64,000 bases of DNA from the NCBI GenBank assembly GCA_001687465.1, contig LVLI01000325.1, positions 62,001 to 126,000 of the forward strand, in the 5' to 3' direction. Numbering within the stretch: the first letter of the stretch is position 1; every line of letters starts with the position of its first letter. Shown piece by piece: positions 23,382 to 37,177 of this stretch. This DNA is from Halocafeteria seosinensis. Taxonomy: Eukaryota. The notes below the pieces were generated by a model. That model was not told the origin of the DNA. It searched no databases and worked only from the letters and a program-made list of their open reading frames with translations. The position numbers and the translations under genes were made by a program.

Positions 23382-24023
23382 TGGAAGACTGCAGTCCGGA
23401 ATCGGTCATCTATGTGCTTCACCGAAAGAGGGGGAGCAATGGCGCTGTTCTGCTGTGAGTTTCTTCCATGAAACACAAGAGAGGTAACGATTCGCGGAGT
23501 GCATGGAACTGCGACAACGTTGTGTATGAAAGTGTACTCTGCCTAAATGATGATTTATCTGCACTACCAAACGACGAAAAACACTATTCAACAAACATAG
23601 TTGGTGCCAGACAATGCTCTTCTCTTTACATGTCTCAGTCAGCGTCACTGTCGATGTCGAACAGTACTGACGTCATCCGATTGGCGAACTTCACAAACAT
23701 GCTCCAAACCCCAGTGGTATCCAGTGGGAACTCCATTCCGGTAGATTACATTGCGTTGGTTGGACGCACTGAGAATCTGAAACTAAAGCAGTGCCTACAA
23801 TTGAAGGGGCACCATACTGATTATTGCGACGGCCGGTAAGCCATAAATAATACACACTACTACTGCAACTAGTGTAATATTCGTATAGTTGTACAACTAC
23901 GTGTATCTCCCATCGAACGTGTCACAATCATCAAGCAGTGAGTTGAACACATCGCGCCCACATTTCTAGAGCCAACGAACTCCAGTTTAGGTTCCGTTTG
24001 ATAAATTTTTGTATCCACTACAC

Positions 24024-27000
24024 TCAAGTTGCTGAATTGTGGTCAATTTGCAGCTTGTGATTGCTAGTAACTGTTGGAGTACTGGTTGTCATGTTTGTCG
24101 CGGCAGTTTGAGTTTCTTCGGAGTCACCGTCCTTGTTCCCGGAGCGTGAGTCTACTCTACCATGGGAAGGAATTACTCTTCTTATGTTTCCAGTGTGTAC
24201 TCTAGAGGAGGCACTGTAATGTTGCTTGCTGTCGCTGTTGGACGCTGGAGTAGGATGCACTTGGGCATTTGCTTGGCTCTTGCTACTGGCGGACGTTTGA
24301 GCAACGGTATTTGACGGGACGTCTGAAGTATCTCCACAAGGGTTGTTACCCATGCAGGTAGAGAGGCCGTCTTCATCGGCATAGAAATTCCGCATAGGAG
24401 GAGCGAATGTATAATCCGCTCCTTTAGCGTGGCGTTTTAATCCGCGCTGCTGTTGTTCGTAGACGCGGCTCACTGCATTTAGTAGAAACGCGTGTAAAAC
24501 CTGTGTACGAGGTAAACCAGGAACCCTAAACCCATGCTCTATCATTTCCGCTTCAGTAGGCTCCCTACCGTACTCCTTCTTTAAGACTTGTCTCCGGCTC
24601 CGGTATCTCCAACGATAAGCAAAATCTGTTAGGATGTCGAAGGCTAGAGCTTCTCTGGCACTCTTCGAACTTGTGTTTGTTTGAGCCCTAACAAATGCAC
24701 TAGCTACTTTGCTGCGGGAAGGATCCCTCACACTTTCTCTCCAATAAGGCATTCTTGCATTGTGTACCAGGGCATGAAGAACCGTGTGGTAGGTGTACCC
24801 TCCGTTGGTCGCTGGTATGTCCAGGCTCAAAAGCAATAGCCTCGCCTGGCTAAGAATTGAAATACTAGGATCTAGACCAGGGTGCCCCTGCAGTCCTAGT
24901 GGATACTTGAGGTTTGATACTAATGCAACAAGATTATTTATCTCCTTAATAACGTTTTTTGCCCGCGGGTCAAAGAAGGCCCATTCCTGTTGAAAGCCCT
25001 CCAGAGCTTCTGTCGTTAAAATATACGGCTTTGAGCTATCCGGTTCTTCGATGGAGTTTTCCAAGAAGTTATTCAAAATAACCGCTACCATTAAGTTTAC
25101 TAAGACGTACGTGGTCGCCATAACGAAACTAGAAAAATACAAGGGAGGTCCTATGGGCTCGCCGCAATTGTCTCCCTCGATACAATACGGAGGCTCAACC
25201 ATAAGGTCATGCATGATACCGTTCCAATCTTCTCCAGTTTGGGTCCGAAACAAAGTAAGCATGCTTCTCCAGAAAGTCCTGAAGTTTGCGTTCTCATTCA
25301 GGAACGCTCTCTCTTTTCCGAATCGTACATGCGCAAAAAGGTTCATTCCTAGCACTGCGTAGATGTAAATAACGAGGAACAATACCGCCATAATATTAAA
25401 CAGGGACGGAAGCGAAATTAGTAGTGTTCGAAACATCTGACGTAATCCGGGGCTAGTTTTTACCATTCGGAAGATACGGAGTACACGAAAAACTCGGAAA
25501 AAGGTTGCAGTGCTTCCTGCTTCTCCAGCAAGTCCAGCCAGTCCGACTACGACCAACAGGAAGTCGAATTGGTTCCATCTGATGCCAAAGTATTGTGTTA
25601 AGCCAAATCCGAGGATCTTAATGACAGCTTCGACAGTAAACAGAGTTAGGAAGGCAATGTTTGAGTACGTCTGAAACCTCAACCAGGAGTCGTTCATATC
25701 ATAATGCCGACTGGCAAACACCAGTGTGTTCAGGCAGATGCACGCCATGATGCCTAAGTCGAAGTAGTGGTTTGAAGCGAGCATGTAGCATCGCTCACGG
25801 AATCCTTGAAATATACCTGTCGGACGACGCATGGCTCGCTTCGGAGATGAAGCAGCCATTTGCTTGACACTCGCTACCCATCGTGATTGCTCTTCAGTTA
25901 GTAGTCCCGCTCCTTCCGCTTCCTCACGTAATGACTGGTAGTAGTTGACGACTACACCAGTGAATACTTCGAACATGAAGAAGTTGAATGCAAACTGAAC
26001 GAGGATGAACCAGATCGCTGCTGCTGGCTTGTTCTCTTTCTCAATGGCCACCCCAGGTTCCGTGGCGTCCACAGTGTTGAACATAATGGTGGGCCACAAT
26101 TCGTTCGTAGCTACCTCGAAAACTGTTAAAAGCGCATTCAGCACGTTGTCAAAATTTTGTTCCATGGGTTCCCATACTCTACCAAACGTAGTGCCATCTG
26201 CGCTTAGGCGACACTCTTCGATCTGTTCACTGGTTGGCAGATTGAAACACTCGTCATTCCTAAGAGTGAAAGATCCGACGCACTCTTCTTCGGTTCTAAT
26301 AGAATCATCATTACATCGATACAGTGAACCCATCCAGTTTTGTACTCCTACTATAGCGAAAATAGTCATGAACATGATGTTGACGAGGATCACTGATGCA
26401 ACTCTCGGCACTGCCCCGATTACAGCGTTTATCACCAAACGTACCCCTGGGAATCGTCTTACCACACGTAATGGTCTCAATGAGCGTAGCGCTCGAAGAG
26501 CTCGCAGTGAGCGTAGGGAGTTATCACCAGTGGTCATAACGACGCCAATTAGTGAAATCACAATAACTACGAAGTCAAGAAAATCCCACCCATTTCTCAA
26601 GTACGCATGTCTCTCCCAAACGAAGCCTTTAGCAATGGTTTTCAGCACCATTTCTGACACGAAAACTACCAGGATGACGATTTCTGAAACGTCAAGAAAA
26701 GCAGCCATTTCGGGGCAAGCGTCAGGATGAGAACTGGAGAGCTCTTTACATTCTCGGATGTGAGGCTCCTCCAACGCCAACAGTATAGATGAGTATAGGA
26801 TTACCAATAGTATTAACCTCTCAAACCATGTATTTGAGATCGCTGCGGCGCAGATTTCACGGAAGCGGTTATCCGGAGCGAATAAAAAAAATGAGTACTG
26901 TGAGATCGAGAACGGACCCTTCCCGTAAGTTTTCCGTAGAGAAAAGGCGTGCTCTTCTAAACGCTCTGACTCAGCTCGTACTCGGACTTCGCCTTTGTAA

Positions 27001-29826
27001 TTAATCCTTAGCCTGACGTCTTCTCCGGAAGCTGTGTTGAGCGTAGTCTCCACGTTTGGTCGCCCATGTCTCTTGTATCTCATTAGCAGTTGCGGTGATA
27101 CTTGATCATACTCTACTTCTCCTTGGTCTTCAGTTGTCGAAGACCAGTTCCGTTTCGGTAGTTCTACAGATGAAGGAGCTTCGATGAGAGCTTCCTCCTT
27201 CGTGAAATTAGTAGGGTGTAGAGCCAGGTTGGTGTTACTCAATTGCGGTTCCGTGGAGTCCATGTCAAGCTGCTTGCAATTTTCGACACTATCACTTTGG
27301 TTTTTATATCCAAATTGTTCAATATGCTCTGTGGCGTCAGTTCTGTCGGTATTCTGTAACGAGCAGCCTGTTGAAATTTGAAATTCTCTGTCGACATCTT
27401 TCCTTTTGCCTGCTTCCAGCTGAGGAGATTGGGCATGGTCGGTATACGCATCTCCCCTGGGTTCGAAATTGCTCAACAGGATAGCCAAAAACAGACTTAA
27501 TATCATATAATTGCCAATCACGATTAAGGATAAACAATAAAGCACAGTGGACGTATAGCCAAATTTTGGAATGTAGGTGTATAGAACAGAGTTCCAATCC
27601 TCTGTGGTTAATATCTGGAAGACCGTCACAACTGCCCACCATAAATTATCGAAGTGCGGTCGTGGACGCTCATCTTCTTTCCACTTCCCTCCGAAGAGTT
27701 GCATCCCTAATAAGGCATACACGAACAGGAAAATGAGTAACACCAAACTGACGTAAAATACACCACCCAACGACTTGACAATAGTTTCCAATAGCCTGTG
27801 CAGTGGTTTCCATGTCTTTGCTACCTTGAACGTGCGTAGGATACGGATCGCTCTAAGAACAGATATCCCTGGCAGCGCAGGGCCAATAGTGAAAGCAAGC
27901 AGAACCTCCAATATAGAAATAACGACCACAACGCCGTCAAAAATGTTGAATTTGGATCGTAAATATCCTCGCAGTCCAAACGCGTATACCTTTAATGCCA
28001 TTTCAGTAGCGAAAGCGATAGTACAAGCCCCGTTAACCCAGTCTTGTGTAGAATCTAGCCAATCGGGCATCTGGAAGTGCTCCACGGCCAAAGCCAAGGT
28101 ATTCAAAATTATAAGCAAACCCATCATTACTTCGAACCAAAAACTATTTACTATTTCCTTGATTTTGGCCTTGCGGTGGTTATTTTCTTGCATTTCGTGA
28201 GGAAACTCCAGCGGCAATTTACCTCGGAAAGATTGTGACGTTGCTGGAGCGTCGTACAACGCCAATTCCTCGTCAGCTTCCCTCAGTTGTCTCATTTTCT
28301 CCTCTTCCTGCTCTTTGAGCTCTGAATCGGCCTTCGAGTATTCCTCCCAAATCACAGCAAGGGAAAGATTGAGGACGAAGTATGAGCAAAAGAAAACCAG
28401 TAGAACAAAGTAAATAGCATTCAACCAGGAGTTACCAAAGCCTGAGTTCAGGTCATACAAAAATTCCACCCATCCCTCCAAGGTAACACTCACAAATATG
28501 GTTAAACAGGCGAGACCAAAGTTATCCCATGCAGCTGCCCCATCTTGCGGGTTCCCATATACCTCACAGGAGGTGTGTAGATATTCTGTCTGCCTCGTCC
28601 CGTTGCTGAGTTCAAACGGCACAATTTTGAGTCCGCATTCATCTCCGTCGTTTTGAGTACATGTCGAACCGTCGGCCTCGAACTTTTCGCAGGATAGGCC
28701 GCAAATATATTCTTCCAAAGGGATACTTTTTTCGCCTGTGCACATCCAGTAGTTGAAGAGTACCGCGTCTGCAAGGATATACCAACTGGTACTTACTCTC
28801 GGGATGCATGTAGAAGCATCTTCCTCGTAACACTCCTTGATAGAGCTGATTGCCAACTATGGCAAAAATAAGAAACGCAAATCCCACCAGGTACAGTAAC
28901 TGACAAAGAGCCGGAAGTGCCTTGAGGAGAGCTTGTACAACAGTTTTCAGTCCTGGAAGGACAAGGAAGCTAAGAAAGCGACTTCTGGAGATATCAGCGC
29001 CCTTTGACATACCTGGAGCGGCCTGCAGGGCACGGAGTGGTCGAAGCACCCGCAACGTTCGGAGGCTCGAAAACGTGCCCACAGAAGGCAACAAAGCCAA
29101 GTACCTGCGATAGCGGCGAAAGGCGTACATATACCTTCGCCTGGCGTAGACAAATTCGGGCATGTGATACATACCCAACGAGAACCACAAGAGAGTCGAG
29201 CCAATTCCACTTGTCCGCAAAATAACTGTTCTTTCCGAAGACGCCACAAGCTGTCATCTTGATAAGCATCTCTATTGTAAAAATTAGTGTGAAGATCAGT
29301 TCCGACTGCAGAGAAATTTGGTTACGGGGAGCACTGTCGGGAGACTTTGGGTCTTTGATTGCTAAGAAAATGCAGTTGATAAAGATTGTTGCAAGTATAA
29401 ATCGGTCAAACCAAGAATTATAATAAAGAGACAAACACAACTGGCGAACTGGATTGTCCATTGAAACCCATAGCCATGCATGTTCCTGGACATTGAGCTG
29501 CGAGGCACATAGACACTTAAATAATGCACCACCAGTTCAATCGCAAATTCGTGAATGCTTACTTCCTTTAGCATCAGATGAGATGTATTCATTTCCCTGG
29601 CACCCTTAAGTATAGCTCCGTGGAAACTCTTTCGCGCTGAGCCCAACGAACGGGAGCTCTTCTCCTGAGGGCTTTGTTCACCATCATTGGAAGAGTTTGT
29701 TAGCTCCTTAGCGGAGGCATCGGGGGAATAGCCATTCTTCTCAAAAAGAGAGGACTTTTTATGACCTGACGGGCTTTCCTCGTTCGGGTTACTCTTATGA
29801 TGCTCGCCTGGATCACGCTGACCCAT
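24024..29826 (-). CDS. Four-domain voltage-gated cation channel alpha subunit (EEEE filter, Cav-like), paralogue A; 5 exons
   Basis: Four S4 segments (LRTLRVLRPLRAL; LRAIRILRTFKVAK; LRSLRALRALRSLRPLRVVRR; FRVFRVLRIFRMVK); pore loops TLEGW/TTEDW/TNELW/TGEDW; EF-hand-like tail (EWAFFDPRAK..PLGL). Introns about 29500-29562, 29105-29174, 28954-29012, 28736-28796. Confidence 0.95.
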
Positions 29827-30661
29827 GGTGAGTTCAATCCATGCGCTCCTTATTGAACCTTAGAAACTTATCCCGGAAGCTTCCCTCACGAGCTAGAGAG
29901 GCGCCTTATCCCGATATCTCTATCTAAAACAACCATGCATCATGTTTTTACTGCTTATAAAGCAAGTAGTAGACGGTAGCACGTTGCTCAATGAGGGAAA
30001 CATGGCCTATCAGTGTTTACCAGAGTATAAGCCCTCGCTCCAATACAAAACCATAAGAGGACGGATATGCACGCTTTATTAGTTAAGAAATTTGATAATG
30101 ACATTCCTACATAAAGTATTGTTACTAATTTCTAACTATGCAGGCCTGTGTTGGAGTCGTGCGGAAAACCAGTACCAAGGACTCATCCAGCAGTTGAATA
30201 CACACATATTGTTATCCAGCATACCGGCAAGTTAGTAGGACACCAGGCACGCTAATTAACCCAGTTTGTAGTGTATTTATCCTCATGGAACAGCAGTGTT
30301 GTAAAACACGGTACAACACGGGCAGAGTAAACATCCTGGTCCGCCTTACAAGCAGATGTAACCCTCCGGACTCATGGCGGCGGCCATGCTCTTTTCGCCC
30401 GTGACCACAGGACGGTAGGAGCAATACTAATGCGCACATGGCGCACTTGCTATGAGTCATAATACTTACGTTCATTGCTTGCAGTTCTGTGATAAACTCG
30501 GTCAATCGCTGGTTTCACAGAAAACACGATTTGTCGGTGGAATGGTTTCTTTGTGTGTTTCTCGAATCAAACAGACTGCAGCTATCCTCTCTATAATGCG
30601 TCATACAAGTTTTCAGGGTGAAACCCGCGAGGCGTGGGTGGAAACTTCAGTGCTTGGACTG

Positions 30662-33600
30662 TCAGGTAACCGGGAGTCGTAGCCTCTGGTCTTTCGCTTT
30701 CTGGTACTCAATGGGCCCCTGCTCTTCCGCTTTCTGGTGCTCAACGGGCCTCTGCTCTTTCGCTTTCTGGTGGTCTTGCTTGGATCGCTCTAAAGACGGA
30801 AGACCTGGCTCTTCTATTTCTGTTTCGACTGCGTTAGAATTCCTGCAGTCTAATGAAGCACATGATTCGCCTGTACAATGTGCTACCAACATCCGTCTGC
30901 TGGTAGATGATTCACTTAATTCGTCGCTGTCTCGTAATGGTGGGGCGTAAGTATAATCTGCTGCCACAGCATGCCGCTTAAACCCTTCCTGTTGCTCTGC
31001 ATACAAAGCAAACGCGGCATTTAATAAGAAAGCTCTGATGATGCGAATCCGGGGAAGGCCGGGACGTGTGAAGCCCATTTGAAGCATCTCACTGTTGGTA
31101 GGCGAACGGCCCTCTTTCTGCTCGAACGACCGTTTACACGACTTGTATTTCCATCGGTAAACAACGTCTGCCAGGATTTCTTTAGCTACCATCTCTCTTA
31201 CCGACGCACACTCACCACGTTCATGCCCGGCTATGTTAAACGCAGAGTTCTCAGCGTCGAATACATACACGGTTGTTTTCCAAGTCGGTAGCCTTGCGTT
31301 ATGTACCAACGCCTGTAGAACAGTATGGTACGTGAAACCACCTCTTACAAGAGGGATGTCAATACCGAGGAGCATCAACCTCGCCTGATTCAATAACCCT
31401 TTTTGCAGATCCAGTGCAGGGTGACCGCGCAAACCGAGCGGATATTGCAAACTCGATACCAGGGCGATCAAACTATTAACATCTTTGATGACGTTTCGTG
31501 CTTTGGGATCAAATAGAGCCCACTGTTGTCGGAATTCCTCCAATGCCTCTGGCGTGAGAATGTATGGCCGCTCGGGATCTGATTCTTCGACCGAACTTTC
31601 TAGGAAGTTGTTTAATATAACGGCCACCATTAAATTCACCAACACATACGTAGACACCAGCACAAAACTGCAGAAGTACAGTGGGGGCCCAAAGCTCCCA
31701 CCACAGTTGCTTCCTTCTGTGCAGTACGGAGGTTTTACCATAAGGTCATGCATGATCCCATTCCAATCTTCTCCTGTCTGAGTTCTGAAAAGGGTTAACA
31801 TGCTTCTCCAAAAGCTCTTGAAATTGGCATCAGAATTCAGAAATTCCCTATCGCGTCCGAAGCGGACATGCGAGTACAAATTCATGCCTACAACTGCATA
31901 GATATACGTTACCAAGCCGAGAACTGCCATGATGTTAAACAATGAAGGCAACGAAATCAGCAAGGTCCGGAACATCTGTCGTAGTCCCGGGCTTGTTTTG
32001 ACCATACGGAATATCCGCAGCACGCGGAATATACGGAAAAAAGTCGACATACCTCCCAGATCTCCGGAAAGTCCTATAAGCCCGACAATCACTAGAACAA
32101 AATCAAACTGATTCCACCGGATTCCGAAGTATTGGGAGAACCCGAACCCCAGGAGTTTCAACAGCGCTTCCAAAGTAAAGATCAGAACGAAGAGTAGATT
32201 GGAGTAGGTATGCAACGCGAGCCAGCTATCGCTCATGCGATAGTGCCGGGTGCACAGTACAATTGCGTTCAAGCAAATACATACAATAATCGCGCAGTCA
32301 AAATAGTGGTTCGACGCGATCATGTAACACTTCGTGCGGAACTCCTTGAGAATCCCTTTAGGCCGACGCATGGCCCTTTTCGGGGATGAAGCCGCCATTT
32401 GCTTGACACTCGCTACCCATCGTGCTTGCTCAGTAGTAAGTAATCCTGCTCCTTCCGATTTGTCCCTCAATGATTGATAATAGTCGACGACAACTCCGGT
32501 GAATACTTCGAACATGAAGAAATTGAAGACAAGCTGCACCAAGATGAACCATATGGCTGCCATAGGGTTATTTTCTTTGCGTAATGCCGTTCCAGGCTCT
32601 GTGGCATCTACAGTGTTGAACATGATGGTTGGCCATAATTCATTTGTGGCCACCTCGAAAACTGTTAACATAGAGTTCAACACGTCATCAAAGTTTTGAA
32701 CCATCGGTTCCCAGATTCGTTGGAATTGTGTACCGCTTGGGTCCAATAGACACGCCTCTATTTGCGACTCAGTGGGCAAGTTGTAACATTCAGCATCCAT
32801 GAGAGGGAACGTGCCAATGCAGTCCTCTTTCGTAGAAATGGATGCATCATTACAGCGATACAGCTTCCCCATCCAATTCTGCACCCCCACTATGGCAAAA
32901 ATTAGCATAAACATAATGTTGACCAAAATCAGGGAGCCTACACGCGGAATTGATCCAATAATGGCGTTGATGACGAGGCGCACACCAGGAAATCGACGCA
33001 CCACTCTCAGAGGTCGAAGAGCCCTGAGAGCTCTTAGAGCTCTTAGAGAGTCAAGGGAATTGGAGCCTGAAGGGACAAGCATAGAAATCATCGAGAAAAC
33101 TAAGACGAGGAAGTCTAGTGCATCCCACCCATTCCTTAAGTAGGCGTGCTTCTCCACTATGAACCCTCTAGAGATGCTCTTGAGGACCATTTCAACCGTA
33201 AAAAGACTGAGAATAACTATTTCAGAAACATCGAGGAATGCACCTACTGAGGGACATGCATCAGGTTCAGATTCTCGTTCCTTGCACTCTTGAATTTCTG
33301 GTTCTTCCACAGCGAGCAACACGGAGGAGTATAGTATCACGAAAAGAGTAAAGCGCTCAAACCATTTGTTGTAGGTCACCTTGGTTACCAGTACTCTAAA
33401 GCGATTCTCTGGGGAAAAGCAATAAAAAGAATAATTCTTCGCGGAAAAAGGACCAGCTCCATAAGTTGTTTCCAGCGAAAACGGGTTGTGGGCAGAAGAC
33501 TCTTCAGGCGACCTAACTGCCACCTTCCCCGTATTACTGATCCTTAAATGAACGGGCTTCCCTGATTCACCATTCAATGTTGTTTCTAAATCAGGTTTCC

Positions 33601-36600
33601 ATCTACTCTTATAGCGCATCATGATCTTCGGACTGATGCTAGGCCTCTGAGGGTCACTAGTAGAGGTCAGCTTTTCAAAATTTCCTGCCGAAGTGTCCTT
33701 TGTTATTGACGGCTCACTGGCGACATCGGAATCCCTGTCAATGCTGTTACATTCACTTGCTTCTATCTCTTTAGATGTGAGGTCTAAACTGCTATCTTGC
33801 AAGCAATGTCCTTCGGTATGCGATCCATTTAAAGGCTCTGGCCTACTTAAATCATCATGCCGGTGTCCTAAATCGTCTCCGTTTTTATCTTCTGTTCTAG
33901 TACTTTCCGATGTACTGTACCCGGCAGCATTGACTTTCTGAGCACTCAGAAAATCGGAATTGGTTGTTTCTCCAACAGGATCGCTATTATTTTTCATCAT
34001 GCTTGATTTGTCGTTCCTTGAGGTCACCGAATCCTCTTCGAAATTACTCAAGAGAATTGCTAGAAACAAGCTCAGTATTATGTAGTTGCCGACGATTATG
34101 AGTGAGATGCAGTAGAGCACTGCCGCTGCCAATCCAAACTGAGGAATATACGTATAGACTACGCCGTTCCAGTCCTCTGTCGACAGTAGCTGGAAAACCG
34201 TTACAACTGCCCACCAAAGATTATCGAAGTGCGGCCTTGGTCGTTCCTCAGTGTTCCACCCACCGCCAAACATTTGCATGCCTAAAAGGGCGTATACGAA
34301 AATAAATAAAAACAAAACCAGGCTGACGTAAAAAACACCGCTGAGTGATCTTAGGATGGTTTCTAGCAAGCGCCTCAACGGCTTCCAGGATTTGGCCACC
34401 TTAAAGGTTCGCAGCAATCGAAATGCCCGGAAAACTGAAACCCCAGGCAGCGCAGGTCCCACAGTGACAGCTAAGAGAACCTCAAGAATGGAAAACATAA
34501 CGACCACTGCGTCGAAAATGTTGAATCTAGATCGCAAGTAACCTCTGATCCCGAAAGCGTATACTTTCGTTATCATCTCAATAAGGAATATTAGTGTGCA
34601 GGACCAATTAACCCAAGTCTGCAAGTTATAGAGCCAGTCCGACATCTCAAAATGTCCAATGGCAAGGGCCAACGTGTTGATAATGATAACAGCTGCCATT
34701 AGTGCCTCGAATACAGTGCTATTTACAACTTCCGTGAGTTTCTGCTTTCGGTTTTTCACGGTTTCCCCCGCTTCACTTAAGCACAAGTCATCTTCGCTCC
34801 AGCCCGCAGATTCGTGGGCACCTAGAGAGGGGTGCTCAATGGGCGACAATTCTTCTTCCTCTTCCAGCAAAGCCTGTATCTTCTTTTGCTCTTGTTCCTT
34901 AAGCTGTGCGTCCGCCTTCGAGTATTCCTCCCAGACTACCGCCAGGGCGAGGTTAAGAACAAAGTAGGAACAGAACATTACGAGCAACAAAAAGTACAGG
35001 GCATTGAGCCATGGCATGCCGAAACCGTCATTTAAGTCGTACATGATGACGACCCATCCTTCAAGAGTTACGCTGACGAATATTGCAAATGACGACAAAC
35101 CAAAATTGTCGAAGCCTACGACGCCGTTTTCTGGATTCCCAAACTCTTGGCATGAAGTGGGAACGACTATGTTTGTGCGACTCCCATTCAGGTGATGGAT
35201 TGGTACAATTTCATCAGAGCAGCTGACACCGGAATTGATGGAGCAAGTTGCATCATTCTCGTCTAGTAGGCTACACGGGAGGCCACAAATAGCGTTCTCC
35301 AGAGCAATGCTTTCGTTTGCTGTGCAAATTGGCGAAGGTCAGAAACGATGCAGTCTACCCGTCAAGCCAAACATGGGTATGGGGTAGTACGTACTTTCCG
35401 GGTGTAAGTAATAGCACCTTCCCTGAAGTACTCCTTGCCAAAGTTGGTTTCCTACGACTCCGAATATCATGAAAGTAAATGCTACGAAGTAAAGTAGCAT
35501 GCAAAGTCCAGGAAGTGCTGCTAACATTGCTTGAACAACAAGCTTAAGACCTGCAGTTACGATCATCGGCGGCCAGTATGAACAGTATCAGTCTACTGAA
35601 CATACTTGCAAGGCGTACCAGGGAGTACTTGTAGCACTCGTAGGGGTCTCAGCACCCTTAACGTCCTGATGATAGAGACTCCTCCTACTGAAGGTAGGAA
35701 GGATAAGTAGCCTACGAGCACGACGAAAGAATCCAACCAGTTCCATTTATCTGCGTGTATTGGGAGTCAAACCAGAGCGATTCGGGGAGATACAGCACGA
35801 AATCACTTACCAGCAAAATAGCTATTCTTTCCAAATACTCCACAGGCTGTCATCTTGATGAGCATTTCCAGAGTGAATATCCCCGTAAATGCAATTTCCG
35901 ATTGGGAGGCCAGCGCGTTCCTCGGGGCTTCTGACGGCCTCGTAGGGTCTCGAATAGCCAATAAAATGCAGTTTAGAAATATAATACCGAGAACTAGTCT
36001 ATCAAACCAGATATTGTAATATATCGCTAGACAATAGCTCCGAATCGGGTCATTTATCTCCATACACAACCATGCTTTGTCCTGGACTTCGAACTGCATA
36101 TTCCGTTCAAAAGCTCATCCATTCTATCAAATAGTGCTGACTAGCGCACTAACCCGTATGAAGGAACCTACCTGCTTGAATACTAGCCGGGAATCAGTTA
36201 ATTTCCTGGACCCTGGTCCCATAAAGAGTGCATTTCTTCTCAGGGAGCGCAGATTTGGCACTGGTCTTCTACCCTCCTCCTTCTCCGCATGCTCTATGGC
36301 GATCCCATTTTCCTCTTCATGAGTGTTCCCACCGAAGCTTACATTCAGGCTTTTTCGGCTTTGGTCGCTACTGGATGGGGAGGAACTCTGGGCGATGTTT
36401 GGGGCAGCATTGTGTCTTACAGGCCAGGCGGGAGTGGCGGATGAGTCGCATGGGTGTGTCATGCAAACTCCCCCAGAATCGATGCTACTCTTGGTTTCAG
36501 AGCCACTGCATACAGTGGATGTTGTATGACTAGATGATGAGCTTCCATGAGCTTCCTTGGGCGCAGTTTCCGAGCCAGAGACCTCCTCAAAGGCACTCAT
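30662..36600 (-). CDS. Four-domain voltage-gated cation channel alpha subunit (EEEE filter), paralogue B; 5 exons
   Basis: Collinear with paralogue A; pore loops TLEGW/STEDW/TNELW/TGEDW; introns about 36097-36171, 35751-35810, 35551-35618, 35320-35394. Confidence 0.95.
30683..30780 (-). repeat. Three 33-bp (11 aa) coding tandem repeats at the C-terminus of channel B
   Basis: DHQKAKEQRPV / EHQKAEEQGPI / EYQKAKDQRL; cgctttctgg recurs at 33-bp spacing. Confidence 0.85.
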
Positions 36601-37177
36601 ATCATGCTGAAATGTGTCCCGTTGGCTCCTGGTTGTGCTTATTTGAATATATAAGCTCCGATCAATGAGCAATGCAGACCTTCCTTGATAGCCTTTCCCT
36701 ACTGGTAAAGATGGATTTTCATTGTGATAAAATGTATACCTGACTATCCAACCCTATTTCCACGCGAGCAGCTCGTCTCTCTAGTAACTCCGGGAATGTA
36801 GGCTGAGGGCCAACCTGCCCGGCCAAGTGAAGCGCAATACCTCAACTATTTCTAGCTTAGCAAACTTTTGTCATATTTTTCGACCGGAATTGTAAGTGAA
36901 TACCATTATACCACCTCGCGCTGTTGGTGAGAAGAGTGGCGGAGTGCGTGGGCTTTATTTCTTCAATTATAGAATCGTAGTATCCTGGATCCGTAGCGTG
37001 TTTTGGCCTTAGAATCCAAATTGCATATCATTGCACCCATTATGCTGGTGTACATGCGACCGTGACATTCCCGCAATACCTTACTCTTGGAACACGCACA
37101 AACACTAGGTGTAGACTAAGCTGTTGAAGTGCCGACTCTGCTGCGCTGTTTCCATTTTACGGCCAAAGTTGTTCCTT

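Noticed and set aside
28769..28796. Apparent 28-nt micro-intron in channel A
   Set aside because: A second in-frame acceptor (gcacag, 28736) gives a 61-nt intron matching the acceptor that paralogue B must use to skip an in-frame TGA.
35339..35341. In-frame TGA suggesting channel B is a pseudogene or uses readthrough
   Set aside because: It lies inside a phase-compatible intron (about 35320-35394).
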